Shown: in pieces, positions 56,928 to 64,000 of the stretch
How positions within the stretch are numbered: position 1 is the first letter of the stretch
Layout: each line of letters begins with the position of its first letter
Virus record (IMG/VR): IMGVR_UViG_3300014656_003390
Span: 1,780 to 65,779 of that record
From: a virus
Taxonomy: Duplodnaviria; Caudoviricetes
Direction: 5' to 3' (one strand)
Length of the DNA stretch: 64,000 bases
Program-made: the position numbers and the translations under genes
Notes under the pieces: generated by a model
Seen by the model: only the letters and a program-made list of their open reading frames with translations
Databases searched by the model: none
Told to the model about the DNA's origin: nothing

Positions 56928-58250
56928 ATGATAAAAACTAATTTTGATGAATGGTATAAAACATTTGAAAAAGCATGGAATGTTAGAATGATTGAAAATG
57001 AACACTTGAAAACCATTTGTTTTTTAGAAATGTTGAGTTGTATTAATAGGGTGAGATATATTTATGGGGGGCAATATAAGACAACAAATATTAGTAGTTT
57101 TAAGGTTCAACAATCAGGAACAGGAAAAGGGGTAGCAGATAAAATTGTTGGAGATTGTTTAAGACATATGGGTTATAATGTTTGTAAGATTAATAATTTT
57201 ACTGAAGCTGCAATTATTGGTAGTTTAACAATAGATATGGTAGGAAAAGCTCATATAATTAAAGGAGCATTAGGTGAATATGATTTTATATGGATTGATG
57301 AAGCAAGAAATTTAATAGTTGGTAATAATTGGACACAAGGTTTATTAGAAGTAATTAATGGATATTTAGATGATGGAATGATTTTTAAGAGATTAGCAAA
57401 AGGAGAGATTAAGTATTGGAGTAATTGTAATTTTGGAACAGGAACTTTCTTTTTTGATAAATTAAAACCAACAATATTAGCAACTGGTATATTTCAAAGA
57501 ACACTTTTTAGTTATAAGGTTTTTGATAAAGAAGATATTTTAAGGATTAGTGGAAAATTTAATAATTTAGCCGAAAAGAGTTATATTGAAGATTTATTGC
57601 CAATATTAAATAATTTAAAAAAGTTAAAAGAACAACTAAGTTTTGAAAAATATAACATAAGTAAGAATAAGGACCATCCAAATTATGTCATTAGAATGAA
57701 GATAGAAGCAAGTAAATATTTAGGTGAAAAAATTGATAAATATTTTAATGAAGAAATTTTTGAAAAAGTTAAGGACAAAAGATTGAATGATATATTAACA
57801 AGTTTTTTGATAAGAAGTAAAGAAATGGGTCATAGAATTATGTGTATTTACGCAGTTTGGAACAATAAGGATGTTATAGATGAAGAATGTGCTGAAGTAG
57901 TGTATCCTATAATTAAAGACCAATTAAGTTTTGTTCTTGAATTTGTAAGTGATATTTTTGAAGGAACTGGATTTGATAGTGATGATTTAGTTAAGGAAGA
58001 GTTAAAGAAGAAGAAGGTTAAGCAAACAGAATTAGCTTTGTTAAAGTTGATTAAAGACCATCCTGGATTGACGAAGTTGGAGATTAGAGAGTTGATTAAG
58101 AAGAATAAAGAGTTATTTAGTTTAGGAGAAAGTCAAATTTTTAATAAGATTTTGCCATATCTTATAGAAAGTTCAGGAAAGGTTAGATTAGAACAAGGAG
58201 ATACGGCAGCAGAAAAGAAGATTTTTTTAGTTGAAATTAAAACAAAATAA
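56928..58250 (+). CDS. AAA+ ATPase, probable MCM-like replicative helicase with C-terminal wHTH
   Basis: QSGTGKG Walker A, IIKGALG..FIWIDE Walker B, GIFQR Arg finger, C-terminal HPGLTKLEI. Confidence 0.55.
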   Translation: MIKTNFDEWYKTFEKAWNVRMIENEHLKTICFLEMLSCINRVRYIYGGQYKTTNISSFKVQQSGTGKGVADKIVGDCLRHMGYNVCKINNFTEAAIIGSLTIDMVGKAHIIKGALGEYDFIWIDEARNLIVGNNWTQGLLEVINGYLDDGMIFKRLAKGEIKYWSNCNFGTGTFFFDKLKPTILATGIFQRTLFSYKVFDKEDILRISGKFNNLAEKSYIEDLLPILNNLKKLKEQLSFEKYNISKNKDHPNYVIRMKIEASKYLGEKIDKYFNEEIFEKVKDKRLNDILTSFLIRSKEMGHRIMCIYAVWNNKDVIDEECAEVVYPIIKDQLSFVLEFVSDIFEGTGFDSDDLVKEELKKKKVKQTELALLKLIKDHPGLTKLEIRELIKKNKELFSLGESQIFNKILPYLIESSGKVRLEQGDTAAEKKIFLVEIKTK

Positions 58251-58670
58251 TATATATTTAGATATATGTTAAATATATATTCTAAAATATTTAACCCCAA
58301 AAAAACTTTTAAATATTTTAAATATATTGGGTGGTTTTAGGTGATTTTGGTATATAGTTGATATATAAGTATCTCAATATATTTAAATTATTTAATATAT
58401 TTAATAAATATATTACTATACTAATTAAATATATTGGGAAAAAACACTAAAAAACCCTATAAGGGTATAATAAAAAGTAAATATTTTAAATATATTAAAT
58501 ATTTCAGGATTTGTGCCTCTTTTATTGTGTTTTGAGGACTAAAATATATGTTTAGATATATAGTAGATAAATATTCTAAATCCACTTCAAAATAACCCTT
58601 TTTAAGCATTTATATTCTGTAGTATATAGTTAATATATACTAATACATTTAAATACTCTTTTAGTTTCAA
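58251..58670. other. AT-rich non-coding region, candidate replication origin
   Basis: No ORF; two 30-bp near-palindromic copies at 58257 and 58551. Confidence 0.4.
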
Positions 58671-58671
58671 T

Positions 58672-58832
58672 ATATTAGGTAGACAGAATGCAATCAATCA
58701 AACAGACTTTGTGTCTTGAAACTTGCTAATGGTCTACCTAATATTCGCCGATTGCAAAAATTTATTTCCATCTTTTTTAACCAAAAGATTGGGAGATGGT
58801 GGTTCGCACTCTCACATAATAAAAAGCGACCA
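58672..58832 (+). ncRNA. Candidate structured RNA (pseudoknot plus two hairpins)
   Basis: 13-bp stem 58672-84/58732-44 crossed by 7-bp stem 58689-95/58750-56; TTTAAATA at 58648-55. Confidence 0.5.
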
Positions 58833-58854
58833 AATCATAATCAAAAAAACAAAC

Positions 58855-59899
58855 ATGGAAAACGAAAAACAAAAACAAGCAAGTGAAAATATCTCAAAGA
58901 TATTCAATCCTAATAATAAGTTTAAGAGAGTGCAGAATGAAATATTGGAGAGTATATTCAAATGATAAAGGAAAATGATGAGATGATAAAAGAAATTAAA
59001 TCATATTGGTTTCATACTCAGAATGTTGCTGAGATAAAAGCAAGCAAATTAAGTGTGCATTATAGTGATATTGAAATTAAGAAAGTAAAGTCAAAAGTAT
59101 ATGGAGATATATATTTAGTGCTTTATGGGAGATTGAAATTATGATACAAAAATTTAAATGTCCAAATTGCTTTAGAACAAGCGAAGTTGAAACAAAGGAT
59201 GAAGAAATAACAATCTTGACTCTTTGTGGTTGTGGATATGAAATGTTGGAGGAAGAAGAATGACAGAACAATTTGAAATAGATGCAGAAACTCAATTGAT
59301 TTGGAGTAAGTGTGCCATTTGTGGAATTGGACTTCATAAAGACGAGATTAATAAGTTTGACGAATTTGATGTTTGCAATGAATGCTTTGAAGAACAAACA
59401 GGAGGAGTGAATTTAGAATGATAGAAATAAATAAAATACAAAAAATTCAGGAGACAATAGATTTATTAAGAGGCTTAACCATTGAAGATATGAAGGAAGA
59501 AAAAATGAGGTTGAGGATGTCAGACTTAAAAAGATTATTAGAAGACTATAGTTTAGTTTTCAAGAGGTTGAGAATATGAAAAGATATAAGTTTACAATTG
59601 AGGTTGAAACAGAAGAGAAGTTTAATTCAAAAGTTTTGGATAAAATTAAACAAAATTTAGAAGAAGAATTTATTATTGGTAATAAAGGTGGTGAACAAAA
59701 GATAAAGGTTGATTGGAGAAAAGGATTTCAATTTGTTAGTAAGCCTTTTGGAGCTATTCAATATATAGAAGGAAAAAACAAAGTAGATATTGTTAAGAAA
59801 TTAAAATCATTAGGAATAAAAACTAAAAATTTGAGTGATAATCTTGCTGAAAATCGGCAGATAATTAAACATAAAAGGAGGAAAAATGTCAATATATAA
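58855..59899 (+). CDS. Run of six small ATGA-coupled early ORFs (58855-58965, 58962-59144, 59141-59263, 59260-59421, 59418-59579, 59576-59899), two with Zn-binding Cys pairs
   Basis: Consecutive ATGA overlaps; FKCPNC...CGCG and KCAIC...VCNEC. Confidence 0.55.
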
Positions 59900-60113
59900 G
59901 AACGCAACAATTGGTAGAGTTCAGAACGGAGCTATGGCTGCTGTACCTTTCACTGATGGTGATTCAGTAAGTAGTTTGCTTCTAAAGGCAAAGATTAACT
60001 TAGTTCAAGGCGAAGAAGTTAATGATAGTTATGGTAATCCTGTAGCATTAACAGCACTTGCTTCGGAAATGACCTACTACATTGTTCGTAATATGAAAAA
60101 TGGAAAAAACTGA
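59886..60113 (+). CDS. Ubiquitin-like beta-grasp protein
   Basis: 75 aa; beta-beta-alpha pattern (ATIGRV..AAVPFTDGDSVSSLLLKA); last strand YYIV then MKNG-KN; upstream of E2 and JAB genes. Confidence 0.65.
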   Translation: MSIYKNATIGRVQNGAMAAVPFTDGDSVSSLLLKAKINLVQGEEVNDSYGNPVALTALASEMTYYIVRNMKNGKN

Positions 60114-60175
60114 AATCCGAAAGGATTTTGGCTTTGAAGATTTTTTTATTTTTCTTCTTTTTTCTTTTTCATAAA
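60113..60175 (+). terminator. Hairpin AAATCC-GAAA-GGATTT plus T-rich tract
   Basis: 6-bp stem with GNRA loop at 60113-60128, then poly-T/C. Confidence 0.55.
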
Positions 60176-60193
60176 AAGACATAAACAAAAACA

Positions 60194-61567
60194 ATGATAA
60201 CAGGAATTGAACAAATAACAAGATTAACAGGTAAAGAAGACTACAAGACAAAGTTAAACGATTGTTTAACTGAACTTGGGTTTAAGAAAGTGTTTTATAA
60301 CAAGAAGTTTAAATCAATATTAGATTATTATAACAAATTAACAATTAGTATAAGACCAAGTATTGGTGAAGATTGTTATAGTACTGAAATTTTAAAAGAT
60401 ATTCAAAACTTAGAAGGATATAGAACTAGTTATTCGAATAGTCCTATTTTTTATAATAGAAATATAACCTCTGATTTTCTATGGACAAATAGTATTGATA
60501 ATACTGAATATTTCATAGCTCGTTATTATAAAGAAAGAAACTTGTTAATGTTTTTTTATCCCATGTTTGATAATTTGAAATATGATATTGAAGCAAGTAA
60601 AAATAAAGCATTTGATTTTGTTTTAGATGTAATAAAGAAGATTTGTAAAGAAAGAGAAGTTGTAGAAATTGTACAAACAATGACTAAAGAGAAGTTGGTT
60701 GTTGAAGCATTTTTAGAACAATTTAGAAAAGAAGTAGAACATAATGAAAATAATCAAAATCAGAATTTGGTAGAAATAGTAAGTTATAGAGAGGCATTAG
60801 TAAGAAAGGAAAAAGATTTAATGATGTTAATTAACCGAAAAAAAGCAGCAGAAGAGTTTATTATTAAAGGTGAGGAGAATTTAAACACACAAATTAATGA
60901 TATTAAAACATTGCCGTTTGTTAAACAAGTGGTTTTAGAAGAAGGCATGATTAAAGTATATGTTGGTGAGATTGAAATAGTTCTTGATGCTACCAAGAAG
61001 GCAAGTCTTGGAGAAATGTTTTTTATGATAATGCCAAATAAAATTGAAGTTGATGCTGTTAAAAGAAAAAAGGTTTGGATAGATAATGGTTGGCGAGAAC
61101 TTATACATCCTCATATTAGAACTAATAATGTCGCAGAGGTTTGTCTTGGAGAAAGAAATAAAGATATTTATAATTTGTTGGCAAACTTTGAATTAAGAAA
61201 ATTGGTATTTGCTTTATATCTTTGGGCGAAGAGTTATAATCCAAATGATAAGTATCATGCTATTGGTTATTGGACAGGAGATTTAGGATTGTCTCCAGAA
61301 GAAATTAAAGCAAGAAGAGAAAAAGAAGAAACAGAAAGAGCAAGTGTTGCTTTTGGAAGCATTAATACTTTACCAACAGTTCAAGGTTTACAAGTTGTTT
61401 CTTCTGAGCTTAATGTTGTTACACCAGTTCTCCCTGTGTATAGAAGACCTTTTTTAACAAACTATGAAATTAATGACATTAGAAATATGCACACAGCTTA
61501 TATTGATGATGAAGACGATGAAGATGATAATGACGATAACGAGGAGGATGAAGATGATTTCATCTGA
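60194..61567 (+). CDS. Coiled-coil protein with C-terminal E2/UBC-like domain
   Basis: IHPHI...EVCLG matches the E2 HPN(H)I...CL active-site signature; SYNPND; acidic tail. Confidence 0.7.
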   Translation: MITGIEQITRLTGKEDYKTKLNDCLTELGFKKVFYNKKFKSILDYYNKLTISIRPSIGEDCYSTEILKDIQNLEGYRTSYSNSPIFYNRNITSDFLWTNSIDNTEYFIARYYKERNLLMFFYPMFDNLKYDIEASKNKAFDFVLDVIKKICKEREVVEIVQTMTKEKLVVEAFLEQFRKEVEHNENNQNQNLVEIVSYREALVRKEKDLMMLINRKKAAEEFIIKGEENLNTQINDIKTLPFVKQVVLEEGMIKVYVGEIEIVLDATKKASLGEMFFMIMPNKIEVDAVKRKKVWIDNGWRELIHPHIRTNNVAEVCLGERNKDIYNLLANFELRKLVFALYLWAKSYNPNDKYHAIGYWTGDLGLSPEEIKARREKEETERASVAFGSINTLPTVQGLQVVSSELNVVTPVLPVYRRPFLTNYEINDIRNMHTAYIDDEDDEDDNDDNEEDEDDFI

Positions 61568-62468
61568 AGAGTGTCCAATAAAAATTAATGTTTTTATGAG
61601 TTTTACTTTTAAGAACAAAATTGATTGGTTAAGTAAAAATTATGATAAAGAGATTGGAGGATTTATATTAGGTGTTATAAATACAGATGGTGTGTTTATG
61701 GAAGACTTGTTGATACCAAAACAAGAAGTTAGTAGTGCTTCTGTCGATTTTGATAAGAAAGATTTGATTGATATGAGAGTTAATAATGAAGAGAAGTGCC
61801 AAAGAATTATTGGCGAGTGGCATAGTCATAATGATATGGAAGCATATTGGAGTGCAACAGACGAAGAATTAATTAGTCAGTTTTGTGAAGGTAGAGATAT
61901 TAGTATGTTTATTGTGAGTAATATTAATAAGCATATAATAAGGTTGGAAATGAGAAATCCAATTAAGTTGAGCTTGAATAAATTAAGTTTTGCTGTTTAT
62001 GGTAATCCTATTGATGAAGAGATGAAGAAAGAATTAGAAGACAAGATTAAAATAAAAAAAGAAATTAAGGTTAATAAGTTTGCACCAACAAATTTAAAAG
62101 ATTTTATGAATGATAAAAATGTTGAAAGTATTGCAGATTATGATAATAATGTTTATGGTAGAAATGTTATGAGAAAGAATAAAATTGTTAAGGTGTTTGG
62201 TATTAATGAAATAACAAGGCAAGCAGTTATGGAAGCATTTGAAAGTTATACTCCTAAACTGGTTCAGAATAAAGATGTATTGTTTATTTTAGATGATATT
62301 AATGATGCGATAGAATTTTATATGGAAGTTTGTGATTTTGTATTTATGTTTAAGAAGAGAGTGGAGAAAGATATGAAAGATGATGGAGAAGAAGTTGATT
62401 TAGAAGAAGAAAGTGAGTTGTCATCTATTGAAGAAATACAGGAGGATTTTGATTATTATAGGAGATAA
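61554..62468 (+). CDS. JAB/MPN+ metalloprotease (deubiquitinase-like)
   Basis: EIGG...PKQEVSSASVD...GEWHSHNDMEAYWSATD (E, HxH, S, D). Confidence 0.9.
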   Translation: MISSEECPIKINVFMSFTFKNKIDWLSKNYDKEIGGFILGVINTDGVFMEDLLIPKQEVSSASVDFDKKDLIDMRVNNEEKCQRIIGEWHSHNDMEAYWSATDEELISQFCEGRDISMFIVSNINKHIIRLEMRNPIKLSLNKLSFAVYGNPIDEEMKKELEDKIKIKKEIKVNKFAPTNLKDFMNDKNVESIADYDNNVYGRNVMRKNKIVKVFGINEITRQAVMEAFESYTPKLVQNKDVLFILDDINDAIEFYMEVCDFVFMFKKRVEKDMKDDGEEVDLEEESELSSIEEIQEDFDYYRR

Positions 62469-62469
62469 A

Positions 62470-63906
62470 ATGACAGACCTTAAAACTTTGAAGGATTTAG
62501 AATTTGTAGATGAGGCAGTTAGAAATAAAACATCTTATTTGGTTAATTCTACTGATTTAAGACAAGAAGCGATTAAATGGGTGAAAGAATCTGATAAAAT
62601 AGCAGAAAATCCAGAATCATCACAAGATTCATTAAGAGATTTTTGGCTAGAAAGATTTAATCTAACAGAGGAGGATTTAAAATGATATTTTTTGAAACAC
62701 AAGGAGATGCAGGAGACGAAGAGAGAGTTAAACTTAATCTTATTCAATTAGCAGCAGAAGAAGGAACTTTAAAGAGAACTGAAACAGATAAAGAAATAAG
62801 ATTTCAAGGCACATTAAAAATTAAAGCAGATTTGATAACAGTAAAATGAACGACAAAGAATTAGAAAAGGCACTTAAGAAAGATATTGAAAGAGGCATAA
62901 ATAGTGGAGAATATCCTGAATTATTTAATGGAAATGAAGTTGTTCAATTAATGTTGCAATCACAACTCCTCGGAAGAAAAGAAGGAAGAAAACAAGCCAC
63001 ATCCGACTTGCAGGAGAAGATTGAAAAAATATTATCAGAATTTAATCTATTAAGAAATGATGTTAGGCATACTGAAGGGTTTAAAGGTGGAATATGTCTG
63101 GGAATAATAAGATTTGTAGAATTAAAGCAGGAAATTCAAGGGGTGGGGGAGAAATGACAAAGAAACTAAATGTGAAAGAAAATATTGAAATGAATAGAAT
63201 AGCAAATGAATTAAGAGAAATTCCAGATGAAGAAAGAACACTTAAAACTTTGAAAGATTTGAAAGTTTTATCTAAAAATCCAATGTTTAATATAGGAGCA
63301 GATGAACAAAGTAATTGGATAAAATTAGAAGCTGTGAAATGGTATAAATATTTTCAAGAAAATTATGAGAGAGAAGATTTTACAGATTTTGGCGGGGAAT
63401 TAAGTAGTTGGATTAAGCATTTCTTCAATCTAACAGAGGCGGATTTAAAATGAACGATAAAGAAATTGTTAAAAAGAAAAGATGGAAAAAAGGATTTAAA
63501 TTATTAAAAAAAAGATATAAACTTCTTTTCGACTGGCAGGAGAATATTTTAAATTTGCAGGAGAAGATTGAAAATTACAAAGCAATATTAGAACTTGCTA
63601 ATCCAGAAGATAAAGAATATTTATTAGAACAATTTAATGAAATCTTCGCAGAAGAATTAAAGCAGAAAATTCAAGGGGTGGAAAATGCCTAAAACTAAAA
63701 TTTGTCAAGTATGTGGAAAAGCAAAGACACGAATGATTTGTGACGATTGTGTAGCAAGAGATGTTAATGAAATTAATTCTAAATTAATTAAAAAAGATAA
63801 AGAGATGTTGGAGTTTTTAGAAGATATATATCAAGAAGCAAATGATAATAGAATAGAATTTAAAATTAGAGAATTAAAGCAGAGAATTCAAGGGGTGGGG
63901 GAATGA
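62470..63906 (+). CDS. Array of six small ORFs in two paralogous families (62470-62685, 62682-62849, 62846-63157, 63154-63453, 63450-63692, 63685-63906)
   Basis: Shared ends LKTLKDL...FNLTE(E/A)DLK and MNDKE...ELKQ(E/K/R)IQGV. Confidence 0.7.
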
Positions 63907-64000
63907 AAGTTGAATACGAAACACAAGAATATATCCAAGGTTGTATTAAAACCTGTGAAGGAAAGAAACATTTACAGCAAGTAGCATTTAGCACATTTCA

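Noticed and set aside
58672-58756. HDV-like (theta) ribozyme
   Set aside because: P1/P2 topology is similar, but the P3/L3 segment is far too long and there is no P4 or catalytic-C context
58790-58832. tRNA T-arm (GGTTCG) or fluoride-riboswitch resemblance
   Set aside because: No cloverleaf, no acceptor stem, and the crcB consensus is not met
60109-60140. Second hammerhead at CTGAAATCCGAAAGG
   Set aside because: The core would need CUGANGA, and no stems I or III can be drawn
1-64000. Stop-codon reassignment
   Set aside because: Long genes are intact under code 11, and TGA, TAA and TAG all end genes at tight overlaps
1-64000. Integrase, att sites or tRNA genes
   Set aside because: None recognised in the window, so lifestyle cannot be inferred

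Overview
Most of the genome of a tailed dsDNA virus (Caudoviricetes; HK97-type capsid, siphovirus-like tail). It is very AT-rich and is cut inside genes at both ends. TATA-type promoters, a PriS-PriL-like fused primase, an MCM-like ATPase, RHH/C2H2/AbrB regulators and the lack of a peptidoglycan hydrolase point to an archaeal host, possibly DPANN (inference). Layout: (1) 1-25.8 kb, + strand: packaging, head, tail and a putative lysis pair, including a portal-MuF-ART-like fusion and a -1 frameshift tail chaperone. (2) 25.8-44.0 kb, - strand: an ~18 kb nucleotide-sugar/glycosyltransferase island. (3) 44.1-55.7 kb, - strand: replication and nucleotide metabolism with a bacterial-type DnaE. (4) 56-64 kb, + strand: early region with helicase, an AT-rich origin candidate, a structured RNA, a ubiquitin-like (Ubl-E2-JAB) operon and a shuffled small-gene array. 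Best leads: the Ubl-E2-JAB operon, the glycan island, a textbook type III hammerhead ribozyme (54412-54477, -), the portal-MuF-ART fusion, the hybrid replisome, and GATC sites found only at 45.9-55.5 kb. All protein calls come from motif recognition by eye; no database searches were run.
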